NCBI GenBank assembly: GCA_965228475.1
Contig: OZ245817.1
Coordinates: forward strand, 3,552,001 to 3,616,000
Reading direction: 5' to 3'
From: Myxococcota bacterium
GTDB lineage: Bacteria; Myxococcota_A; UBA9160; JAFDDA01
Length of the DNA stretch: 64,000 bases
The position numbers and the translations under genes were made by a program. Positions 1 through 9,279 of this stretch are shown here, one piece after another (the first letter of the stretch is position 1; each line of letters starts with the position of its first letter). The notes under the pieces were generated by a model, which saw only the letters and a program-made list of their open reading frames with translations, was not told where the DNA came from and did not search any database.

Positions 1-1
1 G

Positions 2-304
2 GTCGCGGCGGTCGAGCTCGGGAAGTACGGCGTGCGCGTGAACGTGGTCTGCCCCGAGGCGGGCAGCCCGGACATGATCGCGCCCTACCTGCCGCCGGGT
101 ATCGACTTCGAGAAGATCGACGCGGGCGCGCACCGCATGCTCGCCTACCAGAAGGACCGCAAGAACATCGAGCGCCTGAAGGACGTCGCCCGCATGATCG
201 CGTTCCTGGCTTCGGACGAGAGCCTCTCGTGCACCGGTGCCGACTTCGCCGTCGACAGCGGCTACACGATGGGACGGGTGCTGCCGGGCGTTCCCGGTTC
301 CTGA
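2..304 (+). CDS. SDR family oxidoreductase, C-terminal part (5' truncated by window edge)
   Basis: Frame reads VAAVELGKYGVRVNVVCP...VARMIAFLASDESLSCTGADFAVDSG, a typical SDR C-terminus. Confidence 0.85.
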   Translation, partial: VAAVELGKYGVRVNVVCPEAGSPDMIAPYLPPGIDFEKIDAGAHRMLAYQKDRKNIERLKDVARMIAFLASDESLSCTGADFAVDSGYTMGRVLPGVPGS

Positions 305-1506
305 TCGGAGGCACCCGGCGTTCCAAGGCGACCCGTGCGGTCAAGGTCGTAGCGGCGTCCGCGCCACACGACGCTCCGCTGGGTGTAGACGCGCAGGAAG
401 ACGAAGGGCGCGAGCAGCAACACGACCGCCGGGGCGATCCAGTGGCGCGGGCGCAGCGGTGAGCCGCCGACCGCCGCGTGGAGGCGGACCAGGCTCTCGG
501 TCACCCCGCCCGCGGCGAGAAACCACGGCAGCGACACCCACACGAGCCCCGAAGCCGCGAGCCCGGCGCCGCCCAGCAGGCCGGCGAAGAACACTCCCGC
601 ACGCCAGGCGATCGGCATCTTGAACGACCAATCGGGGAAGCCCCGGGAGAAGGTCATCCAGCGGACGAAGTTCGCGAGGAACTCGCCCGGGGCCGCGCCG
701 AGCCAGACGATCCCCACCGGATGGGGCGTGACCCGGTTGCGGAAGCCGGCGGTCTGGAGATGCACGCCGATCTGGATGTCGTCGACGAAGTTCCCGGCGA
801 TGTCTTCGAGTTCCCCGATGGCTCGCAGCCCCTCGCGCCGCAGCACCATCACCTGACCCAGGATGAAGGGCAGTTCGCCCCCCTGCCCGGCGGCCACCTG
901 CCGCGCCGACGCGCCGTAGAGCCCGTTCAAGAGGATCGCCGAGGCGGCGTCGGCGAGGTTGCGCGGCGCGGGGGTCACGACGGCGGGGGCGGAAGCGCTG
1001 CCGTTCTTCGGATCCGAGAGGAGCGTCTCGACGGCGACGCGTAGGGCGTCCCCGTCGGCCCGCACGTCCGAGTCGACGAAGCCGATGCACTCGCCGCGCG
1101 CCCGGGCGAGGCCGTGGATCATCGCGTGGAGCTTGCCGGTGCGGCCCGCGGGCGGCGCGCCGCAGAACAGGACGCCGATCTCGTCCTCGCCGCCGCGCGC
1201 GCGGTATTCCGCGACGACGCGCTCGACGATGGGAAGGGCCGGTTCGTCGCGATCGTCGAAGACGAAGAGCGTCTCGACCTCACCGGGGTAGCCGTGGGCG
1301 AGCCCCGCGCGAAGGTTCGCTTCGACTTCCGCGTCGAGCCCTTTGATGGGGCGGATGATCGTGAGCGACGGGTAGCAATCGAGCGGGGCGGGCAGACTCT
1401 CGGGGCGCAGCGCCGCTGCGAGACGACGGTGGTGAAGGAGCGCCGCCGCCACGAGCAGCGACCCGAGCCCGAAGACGGCGCCGGAAGCGAGACCCGATTC
1501 GAACAC
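262..1506 (-). CDS. Ceramide glucosyltransferase/HpnI-like GT2 (GT21) glycosyltransferase
   Basis: N-terminal TM; IRPIKGLD, GKLHAM, FVDSD (DxD), FVDD, RW motifs; C-terminal TMs; VVWRGRRY tail; divergent from an HpnN-like MMPL gene. Confidence 0.8.
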   Translation of the reverse strand: MFESGLASGAVFGLGSLLVAAALLHHRRLAAALRPESLPAPLDCYPSLTIIRPIKGLDAEVEANLRAGLAHGYPGEVETLFVFDDRDEPALPIVERVVAEYRARGGEDEIGVLFCGAPPAGRTGKLHAMIHGLARARGECIGFVDSDVRADGDALRVAVETLLSDPKNGSASAPAVVTPAPRNLADAASAILLNGLYGASARQVAAGQGGELPFILGQVMVLRREGLRAIGELEDIAGNFVDDIQIGVHLQTAGFRNRVTPHPVGIVWLGAAPGEFLANFVRWMTFSRGFPDWSFKMPIAWRAGVFFAGLLGGAGLAASGLVWVSLPWFLAAGGVTESLVRLHAAVGGSPLRPRHWIAPAVVLLLAPFVFLRVYTQRSVVWRGRRYDLDRTGRLGTPGASDQEPGTPGSTRPIV

Positions 1507-1564
1507 GTGCCCCCCACTCGTTCGAGTCGCGGAACGTAGCAGCCCAAGCTACGGTTCGGCGGCC

Positions 1565-3760
1565 TTGAGCCAGCCCATCGAACGCGCGCTCGCTCGTTTC
1601 GCCGGCGCCGTCGTCGATGCGTCCCAGCGCCACGCGCGCGCCGTCGTCGTTGCGGGCCTGCTCCTCACCCTGGCCGCCGGGTTCGCCGCTTCGCACCTCG
1701 TCGCCGACAGCGACCCGGACCGCATGACCGCAGCGGACCTGCCGTTCCGCGTGACGAAACGACAAATCGAAACCGAATTTCCGATGCTTCGTGACAGTTT
1801 CGTCATCGTCGTCGAGGCGACGCGCGGCGAACACGCTCGGGAAGCGGCCGGCACACTCGCCCGGCGTCTGGCCGAGGATGGCGAGCGTTTCCGGGCCGTC
1901 GCCGCACCGACGTCGGACCCGTTCTTCGAACGAAACGCCTGGCTCTACCTGCCCGAAGCCGCCTTCGAGGCGGCGCTGCGCTCCCTCCGCGAAGGAGCCA
2001 GCCCCGAGCCACGCTCGCCGCCCGCCCGGCAGATCCTGCTCGCGCAACCCGCGCTCGACGAAGACGGCCTCGCACCGGCCCTCGATGCGATCGCGGCGGT
2101 CCGGACGGCCGCCGCGGCGCTCCCCGAACGCGACGGACTGCGCGTCCGGGTGACGGGCGACCTCGCCGTGCTGACGGAGGAGATGTCCGAGATCCGCGAT
2201 CAGGTGCTCGTCGCGTCCCTCGTCTCGGTGCTGCTCGTGACGGCAGTGCTGATCCTCACCCTGCGCTCGTTCCGGCTCTTCCTCGCCACGCTGCTGCTCC
2301 TCCTCGTCGGTCTCGTCTGGACCGCCGGCTTCGCCGCCCTGGCCGTAGGCCGGCTGAACGTGCTGACGACGGCCTTCGCGGTCCTCTACATCGGACTCGG
2401 CGTCGACTTCGGGATCCACTTCGCCCTGGGCTTTCGCGAGCGGCGAGAGCGAGGCGCGGCTCCGGACGTCGCGCTCCGCGAGGCCGGCCGTGACGTCGGG
2501 AGCTCCCTCGCCTTCTGCGCCCTCACGACGGCGACCGGTTTCTTCGCCTTCGTGCCGACGGACTACACCGCGGTCGCCGAGCTCGGCCTGATCTCGGGAA
2601 CGGGCATGTTCCTGAGCCTGCTCGCCACCTTGACCTGGTACCCGGCGACGCTCGCCCTCGGCCTCGGCCGCTCGACCCGGCTCGACCCGCGCACGGGGGC
2701 CCGGCGCGAGATCACGCTTCCGAGCTTTCCGCTGCGGCATCCCGGTGCCGTGATCGCGGCGGCCGTGCTCCTGTGCGGGGTCGGCGCGGGCTTCGCGCGC
2801 GACGTCCGGTTCGACGACAACCCGTTGAACGTGCGGGACCCTCGCGTCGAGTCCGTGGCGGCGCTCGAAGAGCTGCTGGCGGACCCCGCACTCTCTCCGT
2901 GGACGGCCGAGGCTCTCGCAAGCGGTCCGCGCGCCGCGCGTGAGCTCGCGCAGGCGCTCGAGGCACTCCCCGAGGTCGCGCACGCGCACACGGTGCACGA
3001 CCTCCTTCCGCCCGATCAGGAGCGCCGGCTCGCCCGGATCGCCTCGCTCCCCGAGGCCGTTCGCCAACAGCTCGCGCCGGGCCTTCCCAAAACTGCGCTC
3101 GCCTTCGAAGACCTGCCGGAGTCCCTGCGGAGCCGATATCTCTCCCGAAGTGGCATCGCCCGGGTCGAGATCTTCCCGAGCGAGGACCTGACCGCGCCGG
3201 GCGCCCTCGCCCGCTTCGCCGACGCCGTGCGCCGCGTCGCCCCCGACGCCTCGGGCGCCGCCGTCGGCACCGTCGAGTTCGCGCGCGCGATCACGCGCGC
3301 GCTGAAGCAGGCCCTCGCCACCGCTGTCGCGGTGATCCTCGTGCTGCTGCTCCTGCTCTGGCGAAGCCCGCGCGACGCCATGATCACCCTCGCCCCCCTG
3401 GCCTTCGGCACGCTCACGATCGTCGCCTTCGCCGGCGCGCTCGGCCTCCCCTTCAACTTCGCAAACGTGATCGTGTTGCCGTTGCTGCTCGGCATCGGCG
3501 TCGACAGCGGGATCCACCTCGTGCACCGCCACCGGCTCGCGCTCGGCGCCGACGCGAACCTGCTCGAGACGAGCACCGCACGCGCCGTGCTCTTCAGCGC
3601 GCTCACGACGGGCCTGTCCTTCGCCACGATCTGCTTCGCTTCGCACGGGGGAATCGCTTCGCTCGCGCTGCTGCTGACGGTCGGGATCGGGGTCATGCTC
3701 GCCGCGAACCTGCTGCTCCTGCCCGCGCTGGTGGCCCGCTTCGGAAAGCGGGAGCGCTAG
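1565..3760 (+). CDS. MMPL/RND family lipid transporter (HpnN-like)
   Basis: Two TM repeats with IGLGVDFGIHF and LGIGVDSGIHL motifs; TTG start. Confidence 0.85.
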   Translation: MSQPIERALARFAGAVVDASQRHARAVVVAGLLLTLAAGFAASHLVADSDPDRMTAADLPFRVTKRQIETEFPMLRDSFVIVVEATRGEHAREAAGTLARRLAEDGERFRAVAAPTSDPFFERNAWLYLPEAAFEAALRSLREGASPEPRSPPARQILLAQPALDEDGLAPALDAIAAVRTAAAALPERDGLRVRVTGDLAVLTEEMSEIRDQVLVASLVSVLLVTAVLILTLRSFRLFLATLLLLLVGLVWTAGFAALAVGRLNVLTTAFAVLYIGLGVDFGIHFALGFRERRERGAAPDVALREAGRDVGSSLAFCALTTATGFFAFVPTDYTAVAELGLISGTGMFLSLLATLTWYPATLALGLGRSTRLDPRTGARREITLPSFPLRHPGAVIAAAVLLCGVGAGFARDVRFDDNPLNVRDPRVESVAALEELLADPALSPWTAEALASGPRAARELAQALEALPEVAHAHTVHDLLPPDQERRLARIASLPEAVRQQLAPGLPKTALAFEDLPESLRSRYLSRSGIARVEIFPSEDLTAPGALARFADAVRRVAPDASGAAVGTVEFARAITRALKQALATAVAVILVLLLLLWRSPRDAMITLAPLAFGTLTIVAFAGALGLPFNFANVIVLPLLLGIGVDSGIHLVHRHRLALGADANLLETSTARAVLFSALTTGLSFATICFASHGGIASLALLLTVGIGVMLAANLLLLPALVARFGKRER

Positions 3761-4635
3761 CCGAGAACGTCGGCGACGCGATCCACCTCTTCGGGGTCGA
3801 GCGTGGTCGGTACGAGCACGACCTCGTCGCAGCCGAGATCCTCCATCTGCCGCAGCGCCTCTCTCAGGGACGCCGCGTCCTGACAGCGCACCGTCGGCGC
3901 GATGGCCGCAGCGGCGTCCGGGCCGAGGAAGTTCAGATAGCGCCTCACGTAGGCGTCGAGCTGGCCGCGCCCGTCCGCGCCGAGCGCGAACCAGAACCCG
4001 GTACAGAGCCGCGGTGCCGGGCGCTCCGCTTCCGCCCAGGCCATCCGCGCCAGCTCGAAGGCGCCATGGGTCTCCTCGGGCGACGGGCCGAAGCTGAAGG
4101 CCTTCAGGCCGTTCGCGTAGCGCGCGGCGCGGCGAATCGACTTCGGAAAGAGCGAGCCGGCCAGGATCTCCGGGCCGCCCGCCTGGCGAGGGAGCGGCTC
4201 GACGATCCGCAGGGCGCTCTCGACGACCTTCTCTCCGCGCCAGACGCGCCGCATCGTTTCCACGCTCCGCTCGAGCCGCGCGAAGCGCGAACCATCGAAG
4301 GGAACCTCGAGCGCCGCGTAGTCCTCCTCCCGGCCGCCGACGCCCACGCCGAACACGACGCGCCCCTCCGAGAGCACGTCGAGCGTCGCGACCTGCTTGG
4401 CGAGCTCGACCGGGGCGTGGAGCGGTACGACCGAGACGTCGAACAGGATGCGCACGCGCTCGGTGAGCGCCGCGACGGTGGAAAGCAGCACCATCCCGTC
4501 CGGGTTCGGAAAGCTCACGCGCTCCCCGCTCGCGATGCAAGAGAACGGGCCGGCTTCGACCCGCTCGGCCCAGGCGTGGACGTGCTCCCGATCGAGCCCC
4601 GGCACCATCACGGGCAGGTTCATGCCGACGTTCAT
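3757..4635 (-). CDS. LLM class flavin-dependent oxidoreductase
   Basis: LAKQVATLDVLSEGRVVFGVGVGGREEDY luciferase-like signature. Confidence 0.85.
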   Translation of the reverse strand: MNVGMNLPVMVPGLDREHVHAWAERVEAGPFSCIASGERVSFPNPDGMVLLSTVAALTERVRILFDVSVVPLHAPVELAKQVATLDVLSEGRVVFGVGVGGREEDYAALEVPFDGSRFARLERSVETMRRVWRGEKVVESALRIVEPLPRQAGGPEILAGSLFPKSIRRAARYANGLKAFSFGPSPEETHGAFELARMAWAEAERPAPRLCTGFWFALGADGRGQLDAYVRRYLNFLGPDAAAAIAPTVRCQDAASLREALRQMEDLGCDEVVLVPTTLDPEEVDRVADVLG

Positions 4636-4655
4636 GGCGGGGGGAGTCTACCCCC

Positions 4656-5396
4656 TCATCGCGTCGGCTGCGCGTCGCTGGAAGGCTCCGAGCCGGGCCG
4701 CTCGGCCTCGTAGAGGCTCACGAGCCGGGCGACCAGAACCGCGACGTAGAGGACGCCGACCACGGATTCGAGAATCTCGAGGGAGCGTGCAGGGCCGCTC
4801 TCCGGTGTGACGTCGCCGTACCCGAGCGTCGTCAGGGTCACGAAGCTCGCGTAGAGCAGGTCGGCCCAGGGCGGCGTCTTGCCCTGCCCCTCCGGGATCG
4901 CGAAAGAACCGGGCGAGACGGTCTCGAGCCAGGCGAAGCAGGCCGCAAAGGCCATGCCGAGCAGCAAGTAGACGCAGGCGGCGCCCGCCAGCGTATCGAC
5001 CCCGACGCGCCTGGCACCGAAGACCTCTCGGAAGACGAGGGCCGTGATCCACAGATGGAACGCGGCCTCGAACGCGAGGGACGCTGCCTCGAGGTTCCGC
5101 GAGGCCCGCACGACGTTCGCCGCGTCGGTTCCGGCCGCCGCGATGGCAAGCGCGCAGGCCAGACCGAAGGCGGCGCCGTTCGCGCCCGCCGCCAGAACGC
5201 CAGCGACCAGGACGAGAGCCGAGATGCCATGGAGGAGGACCGCGTCGGCGAGGTCGTGGCTGGCGTACGGATAGGCCAGCAGCAACCCGACCAGGCTCGC
5301 GAGCAGCAGGCGGAAGCGCCACCCCTCGGACGGGCTCGGGAGGGGCCCCGAGGCCGGGCGCACCCTTGCCCGGGTCGGCGGTTGGACGGCATGCAT
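4656..5396 (-). CDS. Potassium channel family protein (Ion_trans_2)
   Basis: Several TM helices and selectivity filter TLTTLGYGD; AGGAGG SD upstream. Confidence 0.85.
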   Translation of the reverse strand: MHAVQPPTRARVRPASGPLPSPSEGWRFRLLLASLVGLLLAYPYASHDLADAVLLHGISALVLVAGVLAAGANGAAFGLACALAIAAAGTDAANVVRASRNLEAASLAFEAAFHLWITALVFREVFGARRVGVDTLAGAACVYLLLGMAFAACFAWLETVSPGSFAIPEGQGKTPPWADLLYASFVTLTTLGYGDVTPESGPARSLEILESVVGVLYVAVLVARLVSLYEAERPGSEPSSDAQPTR

Positions 5397-5418
5397 CGGC
5401 GTCTCCTCCTCTCCCAGG

Positions 5419-5448
5419 AAACGCCCCTTTCGGCCCGAAACCCCGCAA
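5419..5448 (-). promoter_or_regulatory. Putative ECF sigma promoter, copy 1 (K+ channel)
   Basis: Minus strand TTGCGGGGTT TCGGGCCGAAAGGG GCGTTT, matching TTGCGGGnnTT-N13-GCGTTT; 22 nt before the ATG. Confidence 0.65.
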
Positions 5449-5512
5449 CGTTCTCGGAGTTCCGCGGGTTTCGCGTGCTCGGCTGGAGGGAACGCGGGCC
5501 CCCCCTGGTTTT

Positions 5513-5542
5513 TTGCGGGTTTTCGAAGCTCCCGCTGCGTTT
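5513..5542 (+). promoter_or_regulatory. Putative ECF sigma promoter, copy 2 (pqiA operon)
   Basis: TTGCGGGTTTT-CGAAGCTCCCGCT-GCGTTT; 17 nt before the ATG at 5560. Confidence 0.65.
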
Positions 5543-5559
5543 ATTCCCAGGAGGCCCCC

Positions 5560-6192
5560 ATGGTCCCTGGCCGAGACCCGAAATCCCTGGCTCGCGGAGC
5601 CGTCGCCTGCCACGCATGCGACTGGCTCCAGGAGCGAGTCGAGCTCTCCTCCGGCGAGCGGGCGCGCTGCGCCCGATGTGGGACCGAACTCTTCCGAAGC
5701 CACCGGGAAGGCTTCGACCGGCCGATCGCGCTGACCGTGGCGGCGGCCGTCTGCTTCGGTCTCGCCAACACCTTTCCACTCCTCGCCCTTTCCCTCGAGG
5801 GCCGCGTGCAGCACAGCACCATCCTCGACGGCGTGCTCGACCTCGCGGCGGACGGGCTCTGGATCGTCGCCGGCTTCGTCTTCCTGGTGACGATGGCGGT
5901 GCCGTTCCTGCAGATCGCCGGTCGATTCTACCTGCTCCTCCCCCTGTCGCGCGGCAGGCGAGCCCCTGGATTCCACCGAAGCCTGCGAAGCCTCTCGTGG
6001 CTCGGGCCGTGGGGGATGCTCGAGGTCTACCTGCTCGGCGTGATCGTGGCGATCGTCAAGCTCTCGGATCTGGCTCAGGTCGAGATCGGCGTCGCTTTCT
6101 ACGCCTTCCTGGCCCTGATCGTGCTCGAGATCGCCGCCGCCGCGAGCCTCGACCCTCATGCGATCTTCGAAGCCGCGGAGACCGCGCAATGA
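5560..6192 (+). CDS. pqiA: Paraquat-inducible protein A (PqiA/LetA-like), N-terminal half
   Basis: CxxC...CxxC zinc ribbon (CHAC, CARC); WGMLEVYLLGVIVAIVKL motif. Confidence 0.9.
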   Translation: MVPGRDPKSLARGAVACHACDWLQERVELSSGERARCARCGTELFRSHREGFDRPIALTVAAAVCFGLANTFPLLALSLEGRVQHSTILDGVLDLAADGLWIVAGFVFLVTMAVPFLQIAGRFYLLLPLSRGRRAPGFHRSLRSLSWLGPWGMLEVYLLGVIVAIVKLSDLAQVEIGVAFYAFLALIVLEIAAAASLDPHAIFEAAETAQ

Positions 6193-6803
6193 CGGGCACG
6201 ACGGCCAGGACGGCAGGCTTGCGCGCCTGCCTGAACTGCGAGGCGCTCTGGCCTCTCGCGGGCCCTTCGACGTGTGCGCGCTGCGGCGCCGATGTCCCGC
6301 TGCGCCTGCCCGAGAGCCTCTCGCGAACCCTCGCCCTGCTCCTCGCTGCCGCCGCACTGTATGTCCCTGCGAACTGGTTCCCGATCATGACCGTCCGCCG
6401 CCTCGGCCAGGGTGAGCCGGCCACCATCCTCGGCGGCTGTCAGCATCTGTTCGAGTCCGGCATGTACGGGCTCGCGGCCCTCATCTTCTTCGCGAGCGTG
6501 CTCGTGCCGGGCCTCAAGCTCGTGGGCCTCGCCTATCTGGTGGCGATGACCCATCGGCGCTCTCGCAAGCGGCTGCTCGAACGCACGCGTCTCTACCACG
6601 TGATCGAGATTTTCGGCCGCTGGTCGATGATCGACGTGTTCGTCATCGCGATTCTCGTGGCGCTCGTCCAGCTCGGCGCCCTCGCACGGATCGAGCCTGG
6701 GCTCGGCGCCACCTTCTTCTGTCTCGTCGTCGTCATCACCATGTTCGCCTCGGCGAGCTTCGACCCCCGAATGATGTGGGATGTCCTGGAGGATCCATCA
6801 TGA
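6189..6803 (+). CDS. pqiA: Paraquat-inducible protein A (PqiA/LetA-like), C-terminal half
   Basis: ATGA overlap at 6189; CLNC/CARC; GRWSMIDVFVIAILVALVQ and SFDPRMMWD motifs. Confidence 0.9.
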   Translation: MTGTTARTAGLRACLNCEALWPLAGPSTCARCGADVPLRLPESLSRTLALLLAAAALYVPANWFPIMTVRRLGQGEPATILGGCQHLFESGMYGLAALIFFASVLVPGLKLVGLAYLVAMTHRRSRKRLLERTRLYHVIEIFGRWSMIDVFVIAILVALVQLGALARIEPGLGATFFCLVVVITMFASASFDPRMMWDVLEDPS

Positions 6804-8596
6804 GCGATCGAACCGACCCGCAGCACGCAGCGCAGGGCCTGCCCCGCACGCGCGTGGACCGCCGCCGGAGCATTCCCCTCGTCTGGTGGATCCCCATCGT
6901 GGCCCTGCTCGTCGGCGCTGGTGTGATCTACGACAGCTACGCGAGCCGCGGACCGACGGTGACGCTCCGCTTCAGCGACGGACAGGGCCTCGAGGCGGGC
7001 AAGACCCGCATCAAGTACAAGTCCGTCGAGATCGGCCTCCTGACCTCGATCCGTCTGAGCGACGATTTGAGCGGCGTCGTGGCCGAAGCGGAGATGGATC
7101 CCGGCACGGAAGGCCATCTCACCGACGCCACGGCCTTCTGGCGGGTGACACCCCAGGTCGGGTTCTCGGGCGTGACCGGTCTCGACACCCTCGTGTCGGG
7201 AGCCTACGTCGCGGTGTACCCCGCGGCCGGGACGCCACAACGCGAGTTCGAGGTGGCCGATCACGCACCGATCGATCTGGGTCATCGTGACGCTCTGCAC
7301 CTCCGCCTGCGATCCGCGCGCGGCGCGGTCCCGATCGGTGCTCCCGTCACCTGGCGGGGCATGATCGCCGGAGAGGTCACGCGCACGACGGTGGCCGATG
7401 ACGGGGAAGGGTTCGTGATCCACGCCCTGGTGGACCGCCCCTTCGCCGACGGGGTGCGGGCGGGCACGCGGTTCTGGCGCGAGAGCGGCATCGACGTTTC
7501 GCTCGGAGCCGCGGGGCTCGAAGTCCATGCTGGCTCCGTGCGCTCCATCGTGACGGGCGGCATCGCCTTCGACGGGCCCGAGGAAGCCGAAGGCCCGGCG
7601 CTCGAGCCCGGCGCCGAGCTTCCGCTCTTCGCCAACGAGAAGGCCGCCAAGGACGCGGACGTCCGCGCGGCCGGCCTGATCGTCCGGGTGGAGGCCCGCG
7701 ACGCCACGGCCCTTTCCGACGGCGCCCCGGTGCTCTACCGCAAGTCGCGTATCGGCCGCGTGCTCGGCCACGCCCTTTCGCCCGACGCCCGCACCATCCA
7801 AGCGGAGGTGCTGATCGAGGCCCGCTTCGCGCCGCTCGTCCGGGCGAACACGCGGTTCTGGAACGCCAGCGGCGTGCGCGTCGAGATGGGCCCGACCGGG
7901 CTCGCCGTCGAGACGGGACCCCTCGCCCAGGTGGTCGGCGGAGGACTCTCCCTCGCGACGCCCGACCGGCCGGGAGCGCCCGCGGAACCGGGCCGACTGT
8001 TCGCGCTGGCCGAGGAACCGTCCGAGCGATGGCTCGCCTGGGCCCCGGAGATCTGGCTGGCCGGCGAGGACCCGAGCAAGGCCGTCGCCCACGCCCTGCC
8101 CCGGACGGCGCGGCCCGCCGGGCTCGCGATCGAACTGGTCTCGGACGAGGCCGGCTCGGTCTCGCCGGGCGCGGGCGTGTACTTCAGGCGCCTCCGTGTG
8201 GGGGAAATCGTTTCGCGCGAGCTCGCCGGCGACGCGCGAACCGTGCGCATCCACGCTCGCATCGAGCGTCGCTACGCGCACCTCGTCCGCCAGAACTCGC
8301 GATTCTGGAACGCCAGCGGAATCGGAGTCGACATGGGCCTCGGCGGACTTCGCGTCCAGACCGAATCGATGGAAGCGCTGCTCGCAGGCGGCGTGGCCTT
8401 CGCGACCCCCGACCCGGCCGGCGCCCCGGCGAAACGAGGCAGCTCGTTCGCGCTGCACGGGAAGGGTCGAGACGAATGGCGCGACTGGGCGCCGGCGCTC
8501 GGCGTCGGCGGGTCCGCTCCGGCCGCGGTCACGGCGGCCGGCACGGCCGGCACCGCCAGGGCCGGGGGCTTCTGGGGGCGGCTGCTGGGACGCTGA
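6800..8596 (+). CDS. Multi-MCE (MlaD) domain protein, PqiB/LetB-like, four MCE domains
   Basis: WWIPIVALL TM; four repeats of the GxxVxYRxxxxGxV...T(R/A)FW pattern; ATGA overlap with pqiA. Confidence 0.9.
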   Translation: MSDRTDPQHAAQGLPRTRVDRRRSIPLVWWIPIVALLVGAGVIYDSYASRGPTVTLRFSDGQGLEAGKTRIKYKSVEIGLLTSIRLSDDLSGVVAEAEMDPGTEGHLTDATAFWRVTPQVGFSGVTGLDTLVSGAYVAVYPAAGTPQREFEVADHAPIDLGHRDALHLRLRSARGAVPIGAPVTWRGMIAGEVTRTTVADDGEGFVIHALVDRPFADGVRAGTRFWRESGIDVSLGAAGLEVHAGSVRSIVTGGIAFDGPEEAEGPALEPGAELPLFANEKAAKDADVRAAGLIVRVEARDATALSDGAPVLYRKSRIGRVLGHALSPDARTIQAEVLIEARFAPLVRANTRFWNASGVRVEMGPTGLAVETGPLAQVVGGGLSLATPDRPGAPAEPGRLFALAEEPSERWLAWAPEIWLAGEDPSKAVAHALPRTARPAGLAIELVSDEAGSVSPGAGVYFRRLRVGEIVSRELAGDARTVRIHARIERRYAHLVRQNSRFWNASGIGVDMGLGGLRVQTESMEALLAGGVAFATPDPAGAPAKRGSSFALHGKGRDEWRDWAPALGVGGSAPAAVTAAGTAGTARAGGFWGRLLGR

Positions 8597-8648
8597 GCGC
8601 AGGCGCGGCTCGGGCTGGCGCCGGTCTCGAGGACCGTGAAGCGGGGCT

Positions 8649-9236
8649 CTAGCCTTCGAAGCTCGGCCCGAGCTCGCGTCGTAGCCAGGCCCGGGCGAAG
8701 GTCCAGTCGCCCTCTACCGTTCGCGCCGAGACGCCGAGAGCCGCGGCCGCCTCCGGGGTCGTCATCCCGGCGAAGTAGCGGAGTTCGACGACACGTGCCT
8801 GGCGCTCCGAGAGCGCTTCGAGCCGCTTGAGCGCTTCGTCCAGCGCGAGCAGACCCTCGAGATCCACGCCGACCTCGGGGGACGACGGCCCCTGGGTCAG
8901 CGTCACCCGGCTCCAATCCCCGCCACGCTTCTGGCGCTTCCGCGCGACGGCGTGGTTGACGAGCAGACGTCGCATGGCCTGGGCACCGATTGCCAGGAAG
9001 TGCGTCCGCCCTTGCCATTCCACGCGCCTCTGATCGACGAGCTTCTCGTACGCTTCATGGACGAGCCCCGTCGCATCCAGGGTGTGCCCCGGTCGCTCCC
9101 GATTGAGGTAGCCGCTCGCGATCCGACGCATCTCGTCGTAGACCATCGGTAGGAGTTCTTCCGCCGCGCGACGAGCCCGCTCGGGGTCGCCCTCGATCCG
9201 CGTCAGCTGCTGGGTGACGAGCGCCCGGAGATCCAT
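8649..9236 (-). CDS. ECF sigma factor, TIGR02999/ECF43-like (kinase-associated)
   Basis: LLPMVYDEMRRIA, HTLDATGLVHEAY, AMRRLLVNHA..RKRQKRGG, VVELRYFAG, RTVEGDWTFARAWL; ATG at 9236. Confidence 0.9.
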   Translation of the reverse strand: MDLRALVTQQLTRIEGDPERARRAAEELLPMVYDEMRRIASGYLNRERPGHTLDATGLVHEAYEKLVDQRRVEWQGRTHFLAIGAQAMRRLLVNHAVARKRQKRGGDWSRVTLTQGPSSPEVGVDLEGLLALDEALKRLEALSERQARVVELRYFAGMTTPEAAAALGVSARTVEGDWTFARAWLRRELGPSFEG

Positions 9237-9279
9237 GGGGAGAAAGGTAGCCGGGTTTTCGCCGGGCCTCCGAGACCCT

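Noticed and set aside
5461..5495. Possible fifth ECF promoter (CCGCGGGTTT at 5462-5471)
   Set aside because: Lacks the leading TT and the GCGTTT element at the conserved spacing.
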